Positions 19,748 to 29,761 of a stretch of 49,554 nucleotides of DNA are shown one piece after another. The stretch is from an uncultured Gemmatimonadota bacterium (lineage in GTDB: Bacteria; Gemmatimonadota; Gemmatimonadetes; Palauibacterales; KS3-K002), in assembly GCA_964348165.1 (NCBI GenBank), contig CAYGCC010000486.1:1-49554 (forward strand), in the 5' to 3' direction. Within the stretch, counting starts at the first letter, position 1; the number at the start of each line of letters is the position of its first letter. A model generated the notes under the pieces. That model ran no database searches, was not told the origin of the DNA, and was given only the letters and a program-made list of their open reading frames with translations. Both the position numbers and the translations under genes were made by a program.

Positions 19748-21622
19748 ATGGCTGCGAGCAAGACGTCACCCGAGCAACGCGCCGGTAGACCCGCGACGGC
19801 CGGTGAACGTCGCGATGTGCGAGAGCTGCGCTCGCGTTTTGGCGGCGCGGTGCGGAACGTCGAGCGCGACGCCGCCGCGGTGCCGGTGGTTTACGTCGAT
19901 CCTGACCGCAACTTCGAGATCCTGCGCTATTTGAAGGAGTCGCAGGGTTACGATCTGCTGAAAGATGTGACCGGCCTCGACTGGGGCGGCGGGCGCCCGA
20001 TCGAGGTGGTCTACGAGCTGTGGGCGACGAAGGATGCGCGGCCACTGCGGGTGAAGGCGCCACTCGCGCTCGACCAGCCGCGGCTCAAGAGCGCCTATGA
20101 GCTCTGGCGGGCATCCGACTGGCTGGAGCGTGAGGTCTACGACCTATTCGGCGTCAAGTTCGATGGTCACCCCGACCTGCGGCGCATCTTGATGCCGGAG
20201 AACTACGCGGAAGGCTATCCGCTTCGAAAAGACTTTCCGCTGCGCGGGCGCTTCACCCGTGCTGAACAAACGCGCCGGGCCTTGTCTCTCGACCTACAGG
20301 ACATCTACAGCCTGGAGGAGCTGGAGCTGGCGGCGGAGGAGGGCGACGACGCAGAAGCCGGGGCGTTGGCCCGCCAGGTGGCGCGGCAGGTCGCGCAGAC
20401 GCCCGGCGTGACGGCCCGGGCGCTGCCCGATGAGCCGCCAACGGTGCCTGGTCTCGAGACCGAGACCATGCTACTCAACCTGGGACCGCAGCACCCCGCG
20501 ACCCACGGCGTTCTGCGCCTGGTGTGCGAGCTGGACGGTGAGACCATCGTCCGCTGCATCCCGCACATCGGTTACCTGCATAGTGGGTTCGAGAAGCTGG
20601 GGGAGTATCGAGAGTGGAATCAGAACATCCCGCTCACCGACCGAATGGACTACCTAGCGCCGATGATGTACAACATCGGCTACGCGCTGGGAGTCGAAAA
20701 GCTGCTGGGTATCGAGATCACACCCCGCTGTAAAGTGATTCGGGTTATCTGCTCCGAGCTCAACCGTATTCTCTCACACCTGCTGTGGGTCGGCACGACC
20801 GCGATCGATATCGGCGCCTTCACGCCATTTCTTTATTCATTCCAGGAGCGGGAACGCATCTACAACCTGCACGAGGCTTACACCGGCGCGCGCCTCACGA
20901 CGAGTGTGACGCGGATCGGCGGGATGATGGCTGATGTGCCGCCGGGGTGGCTGGACGGGGTGGGCTACTTCGTCGAAACGCTCCCGAAGACGCTGGATGA
21001 GGTGGAGCGGCTGTTGACCAGGAACTCGATCTGGATCGGGCGTACGCAGGGCGTGGGGACGATGGGTCCCGAGGACGCGATCAACTACGGCTTTTGCGGG
21101 CCGAACCTGCGGGCTTCAGGCGTGGCCTACGACGTCCGCAAGGACAACCCATACCTCGACTACGAGACCTACGACTTCGACGTGCCCATCGGTGACTACG
21201 GTGATACCTACGACCGTTACCTCTGCCGGATGGAGGAGCTGCGCCAGTCGGTGCGAATACTCGAACAGGCGCTGGACCGGGTGCCCGACGGGCCGATCAA
21301 CGTCGAGGACGAGCGGGTCATCCTGCCACCGAAGGCGGAAGTGATGAATTCCATCGACGGCATGATCGCTCACTTCAAGCTGGTGATGGAGGGAGTGAAA
21401 GTGCCGGCCGGTGAGGTCTGGTCCTCGATCGAGAGCTCGAAGGGCGAACTGGGGTTCTACCTAGTGTCGGACGGCGGCTCTAAACCGGTCCGCTGCCGTT
21501 ATCGCACACCCTCGTTCATGAACATGTCCGTGCTGCCCAGTCTCGTGAAGGGTGAGTTGATCGCTGATATTATCGCGGTCAACGCCAGCATCGATATCGT
21601 GCTGGGGGAAATCGATCGATGA
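19748..21622 (+). CDS. nuoCD: NADH-quinone oxidoreductase fused subunit C/D
   Basis: NuoC motifs (WLEREVYDLFGVKFDGHPDLRRIL, PLRKDFPL), a linker, then NuoD motifs (GPQHPATHGVLRL, DRMDY, DIVLGEIDR) in one ORF. Confidence 0.96.
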   Translation: MAASKTSPEQRAGRPATAGERRDVRELRSRFGGAVRNVERDAAAVPVVYVDPDRNFEILRYLKESQGYDLLKDVTGLDWGGGRPIEVVYELWATKDARPLRVKAPLALDQPRLKSAYELWRASDWLEREVYDLFGVKFDGHPDLRRILMPENYAEGYPLRKDFPLRGRFTRAEQTRRALSLDLQDIYSLEELELAAEEGDDAEAGALARQVARQVAQTPGVTARALPDEPPTVPGLETETMLLNLGPQHPATHGVLRLVCELDGETIVRCIPHIGYLHSGFEKLGEYREWNQNIPLTDRMDYLAPMMYNIGYALGVEKLLGIEITPRCKVIRVICSELNRILSHLLWVGTTAIDIGAFTPFLYSFQERERIYNLHEAYTGARLTTSVTRIGGMMADVPPGWLDGVGYFVETLPKTLDEVERLLTRNSIWIGRTQGVGTMGPEDAINYGFCGPNLRASGVAYDVRKDNPYLDYETYDFDVPIGDYGDTYDRYLCRMEELRQSVRILEQALDRVPDGPINVEDERVILPPKAEVMNSIDGMIAHFKLVMEGVKVPAGEVWSSIESSKGELGFYLVSDGGSKPVRCRYRTPSFMNMSVLPSLVKGELIADIIAVNASIDIVLGEIDR

Positions 21623-22158
21623 GCGAGGGGCTGCATCCGGCGATCGCTGGCGCGCAACCCTGCCAGCAAGCTGAGAAGAACCCGAACGCACCGCTTTTCG
21701 CCGGCGCCTATCAACAGCGTTTCGACCACATCCTCAGCCGGTACCCGAGCAAGCGAGCCGCCCTATTACCGGTCCTGGCGATGGCGCAGGAGCTGCGCGG
21801 GTGGCTCTCGCCGGAGACGGTGTCGCGCGTGGCGGAATTACTCGAGCTGACGCCGGTTTACGTACGCTCGGTCGCCTCGTTCTACACGATGTTCCAGCTT
21901 CGGCCCGTCGGGCGACACTTGATACAGGTCTGTGTAGGCATCGGCTGCGATCTCTGTGGGGCTGAGGGCGTCGTGGAGGAGTTCCTCGAGGTCACCGGGA
22001 CGCGGATCGGGGAGGTGTCGGAGGATGGAAGGTACACGGTCGTCGAAGTCGAGTGCCTGGGAGCCTGCGGCTTTCCGACGGTGGTGCAGATCAACGACCA
22101 AGTTCGCGAGAGCGTGAACGTCGAGACCGTCGAGAGCCTGCTGAAGGAGCTCGACTGA
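21619..22158 (+). CDS. nuoE: NADH-quinone oxidoreductase subunit E
   Basis: VASFYTMF, QVCVGIGCDLCG, VECLGAC (2Fe-2S). Confidence 0.95.
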   Translation: MSEGLHPAIAGAQPCQQAEKNPNAPLFAGAYQQRFDHILSRYPSKRAALLPVLAMAQELRGWLSPETVSRVAELLELTPVYVRSVASFYTMFQLRPVGRHLIQVCVGIGCDLCGAEGVVEEFLEVTGTRIGEVSEDGRYTVVEVECLGACGFPTVVQINDQVRESVNVETVESLLKELD

Positions 22159-22161
22159 ACA

Positions 22162-23451
22162 ATGGCCTATCCGCACGCTCATCCAAGAGAGACGCGCGTC
22201 CTCTCGGAGCATTTTGGCGACGCGAGCGCTATCGGTATCGAGGGCTGGATCGAGCGCGGCGGCTACCAGGCGCTGGAGAAGGCGCTGGGGATGTCGCGTG
22301 AGGACGTGATTCAGGTGGTGAAGGACTCGGGCCTCAGGGGTCGTGGAGGCGCCGGCTTCCCGACGGGGCTGAAGTGGAGCTTCATGCCCAAGAACGGCGG
22401 CCGGCCCAACTACCTCGCCTGCAACGCCGATGAGAGCGAGCCCGGTACATTCAAAGACCGGGAGATCATGCGCTGGACGCCGCACCAGATGATCGAAGGC
22501 TGCATTATCTCAGGCTACGCGATCGGGGCCGAGCACTGCTACATCTACATCCGCGGCGAATTCGTCAATGTGATCCCGGTCGTAAATCGTGCGGTCGTGG
22601 AAGCGTACGAGCGCGGCTATCTCGGTCGGAACATTCTCGGATCGGGCTACGATCTCGAGCTGACCATCCATCTGGGCGCCGGCGCCTATATCGCCGGAGA
22701 AGAGACCGGGCTACTCAACTCGCTGGAGGGACGGCGCGCCGAGCCGCGGGTGAAGCCGCCGTTTCCCGCTCAGCGTGGCGCCTTCGGCATGCCGACGACG
22801 GTCAACAACGTGGAGACGCTGGCGGCGGTCCCGCACATCGTGATGAACGGCGCGGAGTGGTATCGCCAATGGGGAACCGAAAAGAGTCCCGGCACCAAGC
22901 TGTTCTCATGTTGCGGCCATTTGCAGCGGCCCGGCAATTACGAGGTCTCGCTCTCCTTCAACCTCAAGGAGCTGGTATACGACCTCTGCGGCGGTCCACC
23001 CGAAGGGCGTGAGCTGATCGCTCTGATCCCGGGCGGCAGCTCGGTGCCGATCATGACGGCGGACGAGATCGACTGCGAGGTGAGCTACGAGGGGATCGAG
23101 GCCGCGGGCTCACTGCTCGGATCCGGTGGTCTGATCGCCATGGACGATTCGACCTGCCTGGTTCGCGCGGTGCGGCGCATGGTGGAGTTCTACGCTCACG
23201 AATCTTGCGGACAGTGCACCCAGTGCCGGGAGGGAACGTCCTGGCTTGCCAAGATACTCCGACGCATCGAACGCGGCGAAGGCCGAGAGGAGGACCTGCC
23301 GCTGCTGCTCGACGTCAGCGCGAATATGGCGGGTAAGACGATCTGCCCGCTCTCGGACAGCGCCGCCGTACCGGTGGTGAGCTCGATCCAGAAGTTCGAA
23401 CACGAATACACGGCACACATCCGTGACAAGCGTTGCTCGGCCGCACGTTGA
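22162..23451 (+). CDS. nuoF: NADH-quinone oxidoreductase subunit F
   Basis: GLRGRGGAGFPTG, NADESEPGTFKDR, ESCGQCTQCREG...ICP. Confidence 0.98.
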   Translation: MAYPHAHPRETRVLSEHFGDASAIGIEGWIERGGYQALEKALGMSREDVIQVVKDSGLRGRGGAGFPTGLKWSFMPKNGGRPNYLACNADESEPGTFKDREIMRWTPHQMIEGCIISGYAIGAEHCYIYIRGEFVNVIPVVNRAVVEAYERGYLGRNILGSGYDLELTIHLGAGAYIAGEETGLLNSLEGRRAEPRVKPPFPAQRGAFGMPTTVNNVETLAAVPHIVMNGAEWYRQWGTEKSPGTKLFSCCGHLQRPGNYEVSLSFNLKELVYDLCGGPPEGRELIALIPGGSSVPIMTADEIDCEVSYEGIEAAGSLLGSGGLIAMDDSTCLVRAVRRMVEFYAHESCGQCTQCREGTSWLAKILRRIERGEGREEDLPLLLDVSANMAGKTICPLSDSAAVPVVSSIQKFEHEYTAHIRDKRCSAAR

Positions 23452-23492
23452 CGGGCGTGACGCTCAACCCGTGAAGAGATCGCCTCGAGGCG

Positions 23493-25088
23493 ATGATGGG
23501 TGACGACAAAGGTCAACTTCTAAAAGTCACGATCGACGGAACCGAACTCTCGGTGCCGCCCGGTACCACGATCCTGCAAGCGGCGGAGCGAGTTGGCGTC
23601 GTCGTTCCGAGATACTGTTACCACCCCGGTCTCAGCGCGCCGGCACTCTGCCGGATGTGCCTGGTCGAGGTCGAGGCTGCCCCGAAACCTCTGCCCTCTT
23701 GTGTCCAACAGGTTCAGGACGGCATGGTCGTCCGCACGTCGACCCCCGACGCCCGCAAGGCGCGTCGCGCCGTGATCGAGTTCCTGCTGGTGAATCATCC
23801 GCTCGACTGCCCGATTTGCGACGCGGCCGGTCAGTGTGAGCTTCAAGATTACGCCTTCGAGACCGGCCAGCTTCGGACTCGCAACATCGAGCCCAAGGTC
23901 GTTCTCGGTCGCGACAAGGTGACGGCCGAGATCGTCTACTTCGCCGACCGCTGCATCCTCTGCACCCGCTGCGTGCGCTTCATGGACGAGATCGCGGAGG
24001 ATGCCGTCCTGCAGGTCATTCAGCGCGGCCATGAGGGTTACATCGACACGATGACGGACGAGATGTTCGAGCATCCGTTCTCGATGAACATCGTCGACGT
24101 TTGCCCGGTCGGCGCGCTGGTGAATGAGGACTTCCTCTTCAAGGCGCGGTCCTGGGACCTGGACCATACCGCCAGCATCTGCCCGGGATGCTCACAAGGG
24201 TGCAACATCTCGATCGGCACCAAAGAAAATCAGATCTTGCGGGCCAAACCTCGTCCGAACGCCGAGGTCAACTCTTACTGGATGTGCGACCACGGCCGCA
24301 AAGCCGTGGTGAGCTGGGGCGCGGGCGCACGCCTCGAGGTCCCGATGGTCCGGGAGGAGGGGCGGCTGGTACCGGTCGAATGGCCGCGCGCGCTGGACGC
24401 GCTGGTGGAGGCGCTCGCTGCCGGCCCCGGAGCGGCCCGGGCGATCGTCTCGGCAGGCGCCTCCAACGAGAGCCTGTTCGTCGTGCGGAAGTTGATGGAC
24501 GCCGCGGGCTTCGAGGGTGGCTTCTTCCGTGTCCCTACGGGTCCGGAGCAGGTGCTAAAAGGGTTTCCTAGGCTGGCGCTGCGCTCGGAACGGGTCCCCA
24601 ACGCGCGGGGTGCGGAGCTGTTGCGCTTCGAGCGTGCCGATGACATCTACGCCCGCGTGCAGGGTCACGGCGGCGCGTTGTTCGTGCTGGATGAGTCGTT
24701 AACGGGCGCCCCGGACGGCTTTGGCCAGGACGCATCGCTTCTGGTTTACATCGGAACACGGCTCGACGATACAGCACGCCGGCGTGCGGATGTCGTGCTG
24801 CCGGCGACGACGTTCGCGGAAATGGACGGGAGCTTCACCAATCTCGAGGGGCGCGTGCAGCGCTTCGCTCAAGCGGTGAAGGCGCCCGGCATGGCGCGAC
24901 CGGCCTGGCTGACCGGCTCGGCGGCGTTGAGCCGCTTAGGGGCGGGCGCGGCTTTTCGCAGCGCCGCGGAGGCGTTCGCGGCGATGGCGGCGGACGTCGA
25001 GGCCTACCGGGGTTTGGGCTACGAGAGTCTCGGGTTGCACGGCGCGCCGCTGGCGGGGGCGCCGACCGGGGCCGGCGCCAAGAGCTGA
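23493..25088 (+). CDS. nuoG: NADH-quinone oxidoreductase subunit G (short form)
   Basis: RYCYH...CRMC...SC, HPLDCPICDAAGQC, CILCTRC...CPVGAL, CPGCSQGC...C; operon position. Confidence 0.93.
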   Translation: MMGDDKGQLLKVTIDGTELSVPPGTTILQAAERVGVVVPRYCYHPGLSAPALCRMCLVEVEAAPKPLPSCVQQVQDGMVVRTSTPDARKARRAVIEFLLVNHPLDCPICDAAGQCELQDYAFETGQLRTRNIEPKVVLGRDKVTAEIVYFADRCILCTRCVRFMDEIAEDAVLQVIQRGHEGYIDTMTDEMFEHPFSMNIVDVCPVGALVNEDFLFKARSWDLDHTASICPGCSQGCNISIGTKENQILRAKPRPNAEVNSYWMCDHGRKAVVSWGAGARLEVPMVREEGRLVPVEWPRALDALVEALAAGPGAARAIVSAGASNESLFVVRKLMDAAGFEGGFFRVPTGPEQVLKGFPRLALRSERVPNARGAELLRFERADDIYARVQGHGGALFVLDESLTGAPDGFGQDASLLVYIGTRLDDTARRRADVVLPATTFAEMDGSFTNLEGRVQRFAQAVKAPGMARPAWLTGSAALSRLGAGAAFRSAAEAFAAMAADVEAYRGLGYESLGLHGAPLAGAPTGAGAKS

Positions 25089-25107
25089 TGGGCGGAGCGG
25101 GCTGACT

Positions 25108-26340
25108 ATGGGTGCACTCTCGACGACGGCGTTCCTGGTCTTCTCGGCGGCGAAGGTGCTGTTGGTCTTCGTGATGGTCTTGACGGCGGTTGCCCTGATG
25201 ACGCTCGCTGAGCGCAAGGTCGCCGCCTGGATCCAAGATCGCAGCGGACCGAATCGAGTGGGGCCGTGGGGCCTGTTTCAGCCGATCGCTGACGGGATCA
25301 AGAATTTCTTCAAGGAAGAGAACCTGCCGGCGGCGGCCAGTCGACTGCTGTTCCACCTGGCCCCGATGATCTCGCTTTTCCCGGCGCTCGTGTTGTTCGC
25401 GGTGATCCCCTTCGCGGCGCCGCTGCCGACGCCCTGGGGACGCGTCGACATGATCGTGGCCGACCTTCCCGTCGGCTTCCTCTACATCATCGCGCTGGCC
25501 TCGTTGGGGGTTTACGGCCTCGTGCTGGGGGGGTGGGCATCCAACAGCAAGTATGCCTTCCTGGGCGGGCTGCGGGCCTCGGCGCAGATGATCAGCTATG
25601 AGGTGGCCCTGGGCCTCAGCCTGGTGCCCATACTGATGCTGGCGGGAAACGTCTCGCTGCCGCAGATCGTGAACTTGCAGCGGGAGATGGGAATGTGGTT
25701 CATCTTCCCGCTTTCCTTGGGCTTTCTGTTCCTCCTGGCGTCAGCTTTCGCCGAGACGAACCGGCTGCCGTTCGATATGCCGGAAGCCGAGTCGGAGCTG
25801 GTCGCCGGCTACCACGCCGAGTACTCGTCGATGAAGTTCGCGATGTATTTCCTGGCGGAGTACTCGAACATGCTCACGTCGTCCGCGCTGATGGTGACGT
25901 TCTTCTTCGGCGGTTGGGATATCCCCTTCTGGAGCGGCGACAACATCTCGGTACTAACGGATGGGAGCGTGGCGGGCGCAGCGCCGGCCTGGTGGACGAC
26001 GTTGTTGACGGCGGGGGCTTTCATGACCAAGACGGCTCTGCTGGTCTTTGTGTTCATGTGGGTGCGCTGGACCGTGCCACGCTTCCGCTACGATCAGGTG
26101 ATGGCCCTGGGTTGGAAAGTTCTGATCCCGCTCCTCGTGGTCTACATCGTCGTGCTCGGTGCCGTGATACTCGTGCTCGATGGAGCGGGGATCGAGTTCG
26201 GCCTGACCTACGGGCTGGCGTTGACTGGAGTCAACCTCGTGTTATTGGGCGGGTTGCTGTACCTGCTGGATCGAAGACGTATCATCGCCGGTGCCGGTTG
26301 GAGACAGCAACGGCCGCAGCCGGCTGCAGAACGCGGATAG
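25108..26340 (+). CDS. nuoH: NADH-quinone oxidoreductase subunit H
   Basis: ERKV...QDRSGPNRVG, DGIKNFFKE, AQMISYE, ETNRLPFDMPEAESEL, PRFRYDQ. Confidence 0.97.
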   Translation: MGALSTTAFLVFSAAKVLLVFVMVLTAVALMTLAERKVAAWIQDRSGPNRVGPWGLFQPIADGIKNFFKEENLPAAASRLLFHLAPMISLFPALVLFAVIPFAAPLPTPWGRVDMIVADLPVGFLYIIALASLGVYGLVLGGWASNSKYAFLGGLRASAQMISYEVALGLSLVPILMLAGNVSLPQIVNLQREMGMWFIFPLSLGFLFLLASAFAETNRLPFDMPEAESELVAGYHAEYSSMKFAMYFLAEYSNMLTSSALMVTFFFGGWDIPFWSGDNISVLTDGSVAGAAPAWWTTLLTAGAFMTKTALLVFVFMWVRWTVPRFRYDQVMALGWKVLIPLLVVYIVVLGAVILVLDGAGIEFGLTYGLALTGVNLVLLGGLLYLLDRRRIIAGAGWRQQRPQPAAERG

Positions 26341-26343
26341 CAT

Positions 26344-26841
26344 ATGGCGATTGGAGTCAAGAAGGTCGAGCGTCCGGAGGTTGAAGCCTCCTACCTGAGG
26401 GCCACGCTCAAGGGGATGGCGCTGACGTTCAAGCATCTGGCGCGCCCCATCACGGTGAGCCAGCAGTATCCGGAAGAGAAGTGGGAGCTCTCGCCCCGGA
26501 TGCGTGGAACGCACCGGATGGCGGTGCATGAGGATGGCCGCGCGAAGTGCGTCGCCTGCGGTTTGTGCCCCACAGTGTGTCCGGCGAATTGCATCAAGCT
26601 GATACCGGCCGAGGACGAGAGCGGCGAGCGATACGCCGCCGTTTACGAGATCGATGAGTTTCGCTGCATCTTTTGCGGCTATTGCCAGGAGGTGTGCCCG
26701 GTCGAGGCCATTCATCTCGGTGTTCATTACGAGAACGCGGAATACAGTCGCGAGAGGTTTGTCTACGATCTCGAGCGTCTTTGCGATCAGGATCACCCGT
26801 TCACCCAGCTCTGGGACCCCGAGGACCCAGCGTCGCAGTAA
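26344..26841 (+). CDS. nuoI: NADH-quinone oxidoreductase subunit I
   Basis: CVACGLCPTVCP and CIFCGYCQEVCP. Confidence 0.97.
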   Translation: MAIGVKKVERPEVEASYLRATLKGMALTFKHLARPITVSQQYPEEKWELSPRMRGTHRMAVHEDGRAKCVACGLCPTVCPANCIKLIPAEDESGERYAAVYEIDEFRCIFCGYCQEVCPVEAIHLGVHYENAEYSRERFVYDLERLCDQDHPFTQLWDPEDPASQ

Positions 26842-26868
26842 GCGCGAACGACTCTCAACAAAACGGCG

Positions 26869-27384
26869 ATGGATCTGACCGAACCGGTCTTCTACATCTT
26901 TGCGGGCCTCGCCCTTGCGAGCAGCGTGCTGATGGTTACGCGCAAGAATCCCGTGTACAGCGCCATGTACCTGGTGCTGACCCTGTTCGCGATCGCGGCG
27001 ATTTTCGTCTTACTGGAAGCACACTTCCTGGCGGCGCTGCAGATCGTGGTCTACGCCGGGGCGATTCTCGTGCTCTTCCTGTTCGTCATCATGCTGCTGA
27101 ACCTGGGTCACGAATTCGATCCCGACATTCGTGGCCGCTTCTGGTGGGTGTTCGGCGGTGGGCTGGGCCTGGTCCTGTTCGCCGAGCTGCTCACCGTCGT
27201 CGCCCGCGGCACAGCGGCCGACCCCGGTCCCGATCTCGTTACCCCGCTGCTCGAGGCCAGAGGAGCGGTGGCGGCAGTGGCTGAGCCGCTGTTCCAGAAC
27301 TATGTCGTGGCGCTGGAGGTTACCGGTCTTCTGTTACTTGTGGCGATGGTGGGTGCCGTCGTGATCGCGAAACAGAAACGATAG
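26869..27384 (+). CDS. nuoJ: NADH-quinone oxidoreductase subunit J
   Basis: [26 protein letters not shown]. Confidence 0.96.
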   Translation: MDLTEPVFYIFAGLALASSVLMVTRKNPVYSAMYLVLTLFAIAAIFVLLEAHFLAALQIVVYAGAILVLFLFVIMLLNLGHEFDPDIRGRFWWVFGGGLGLVLFAELLTVVARGTAADPGPDLVTPLLEARGAVAAVAEPLFQNYVVALEVTGLLLLVAMVGAVVIAKQKR

Positions 27385-27388
27385 CAAG

Positions 27389-27682
27389 ATGTACATCGAA
27401 CCCCTCATTCTCAGCGCGTTGCTGTTCGCCGTCGGTATGGCCGGCGTGTTACTCAGGCGCAACGCGATCGTCATGTTCATGTGCATCGAGCTCATGCTCA
27501 ACGCCGTCAACCTCACGTTTGTGGCGGTATCGAGATACACGGGGATCGAAGGGCAGATTTTCGTGCTCTTCGTCATGACAGTGGCGGCCGCGGAGGCGGC
27601 CGTGGGACTGGCGATCATCATTTCGATCTTTCGCCACTATAAGTCCGTCGACATTCGGAACTTCAGGTTGCTGAGATGGTAG
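27389..27682 (+). CDS. nuoK: NADH-quinone oxidoreductase subunit K
   Basis: [26 protein letters not shown]. Confidence 0.97.
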   Translation: MYIEPLILSALLFAVGMAGVLLRRNAIVMFMCIELMLNAVNLTFVAVSRYTGIEGQIFVLFVMTVAAAEAAVGLAIIISIFRHYKSVDIRNFRLLRW

Positions 27683-29739
27683 TGGCTGGGCTCTTCGAGC
27701 CGGCGAGCCGGTTGATGCAAGAGGTGGTGACCAACCACGCGGAAGGGTTCACTCCTTTTCTGCCCTCCTGGATGATCCTGGCCCCCTTCCTGGGCTTTCT
27801 GATCAACGGCGCCGTGGCCTACCTCGCGCCTCGGCGCCGACGTCTTGTCAGCTTCGTCGGACCCGGGGTCCTGGGGCTCGCCACGGCGATCGCCATAGCC
27901 AACCTGGTGCTGTTGATTCTGGCGCACGAAGCGGAGCCGGTCATCCGTTCGTATTGGACCTGGATGGAGGTGGGCGGGCTGCGCATCGAGGCGGCCTTGC
28001 AGATTGACCCACTATCGATCTGGATGGCGCTGATCGTCACCAGCGTCAGTTTCATCATCCATGTCTACAGTATCGGCTACATGGGAGGCGATCCCGGGTA
28101 CGCGCGCTATTTCGCCTACCTTAACCTCTTCGTCTTCTTCATGCTGGTGCTGGTGCTGGCCGCGAATTTCGCCGTGATGTTCGTGGGTTGGGAGGGCGTT
28201 GGCCTCTGCTCGTACCTGCTGATCGGCTTCTGGTTCACCGAGCCGGCGAAGGCCGACGCCGGGCAGAAAGCGTTCGTGGTCAACCGAATCGGCGATTTCG
28301 GGTTCCTGGTGGCGATGTTTGCTATTTTCGCTTATCTGGGAACCCTCGACTATCAAAGCGTGTTCGCCCTCGCCCCCGCAACTCTCGAGTACGGCGGCGC
28401 CGCGATCACCCTGATCACCCTCTTCCTCTTCCTCGGCTGCACCGGCAAGTCGGCGCAGATCCCACTGTATGTGTGGCTGCCCGACGCCATGCACGGCCCG
28501 ACACCCGTATCGGCACTGATCCACGCCGCAACCATGGTCACCGCGGGTGTCTATCTTGTGGCGCGGGCGGGCGTGTTGTTCGCCCTGGCGCCGCTGAGCA
28601 TGAACGTGGTGGCGGTCGTGGGCGGCTTGACGGCACTGTTCGCCGCGACCATCGCTGTGCAGCAATACGACATCAAGCGGGTGATCGCGTACAGCACGAT
28701 CTCTCAACTCGGCTACATGTTCCTGGCCGTGGGCGTCGGCGCCTACACGGCCGGAATCTTCCACCTTGCCACCCATGCATTCTTCAAGGCGCTGCTGTTT
28801 CTCGCTTCCGGCGCGGTCATCCACGCGATGCACCATGCCTTGGAGCACGCGGGTCAGCCAGCGGGCGAGGACATGACTCAGGATATGCGGAATATGGGCG
28901 GCCTGCGTGGGCATATGCCGACGACTTTTCGCACCGCCTGGATCGGGGCGCTCGCCCTTGCCGGGGTTTTCCCGCTGGCGGGCTTTTTCTCGAAGGACGA
29001 GATCATCTGGTCGGTGGGCGCTCGCGGGCAGACCGTGCTTTGGATCATGGCGGTCATCACCGCGCTGCTTACGGCCGGTTACATCACGCGCTGGTTGGTG
29101 ATGGTCTTTCACGGAGCAAACCGAACGGGTGAGTCGGCGCGCCGGGCGTTGCACCCGGCTCCGGTGGTCATGGGGGGAGCGCTGGTGGCTCTGGCGATCG
29201 GATCGGTCGCCAGCGGTTGGGTCAATGTGCCCGGCGCCCTGCCGTTGCTGCCCGAGCTTACCTGGCTACACGACTTCCTCCACCCGAGCTTCGCGGCGGC
29301 CGAGCACCTGCTGGTCGAGCATGCCGGCGAGCCGGCGCACGTGGCGCCGCTGGGCGGTGGTGAGGGGGCCTGGGCGATCATTTCGACGCTAGCGGCGATC
29401 GTCGTCGTCGTCATCGTCTATCAAGCCCTCAAGGGCAAGAGGTACTTGCCGGTGCCCCAGGCACCTGAGCCGTCGGGCCTGCTCCGGGTTCTCTATCGCA
29501 AGTACTACGTGGACGAGCTGTACGACCTGGTCCTCGTGAGGCCGTTCCAATCGTTGGCCGGGCTCTGCTGGCGCGTGGTCGATCGAGGGATCATCGACGG
29601 GGTTCTGGTGGACGGAGTCGCGTACACGACCCGCTTCGGCGGCTGGGTGATCAGCCGCTTCCAGACCGGATACGTCGGGACCTATGTGCTCATAATCGTC
29701 CTTGGAGTGCTGATCGTCCTCGGGGCCGTCGCCCTGTAG
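27676..29739 (+). CDS. nuoL: NADH-quinone oxidoreductase subunit L
   Basis: [47 protein letters not shown]. Start 27676 or 27715. Confidence 0.97.
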   Translation: MVVAGLFEPASRLMQEVVTNHAEGFTPFLPSWMILAPFLGFLINGAVAYLAPRRRRLVSFVGPGVLGLATAIAIANLVLLILAHEAEPVIRSYWTWMEVGGLRIEAALQIDPLSIWMALIVTSVSFIIHVYSIGYMGGDPGYARYFAYLNLFVFFMLVLVLAANFAVMFVGWEGVGLCSYLLIGFWFTEPAKADAGQKAFVVNRIGDFGFLVAMFAIFAYLGTLDYQSVFALAPATLEYGGAAITLITLFLFLGCTGKSAQIPLYVWLPDAMHGPTPVSALIHAATMVTAGVYLVARAGVLFALAPLSMNVVAVVGGLTALFAATIAVQQYDIKRVIAYSTISQLGYMFLAVGVGAYTAGIFHLATHAFFKALLFLASGAVIHAMHHALEHAGQPAGEDMTQDMRNMGGLRGHMPTTFRTAWIGALALAGVFPLAGFFSKDEIIWSVGARGQTVLWIMAVITALLTAGYITRWLVMVFHGANRTGESARRALHPAPVVMGGALVALAIGSVASGWVNVPGALPLLPELTWLHDFLHPSFAAAEHLLVEHAGEPAHVAPLGGGEGAWAIISTLAAIVVVVIVYQALKGKRYLPVPQAPEPSGLLRVLYRKYYVDELYDLVLVRPFQSLAGLCWRVVDRGIIDGVLVDGVAYTTRFGGWVISRFQTGYVGTYVLIIVLGVLIVLGAVAL

Positions 29740-29761
29740 GGCTGGGAAAACAAGACAACCG

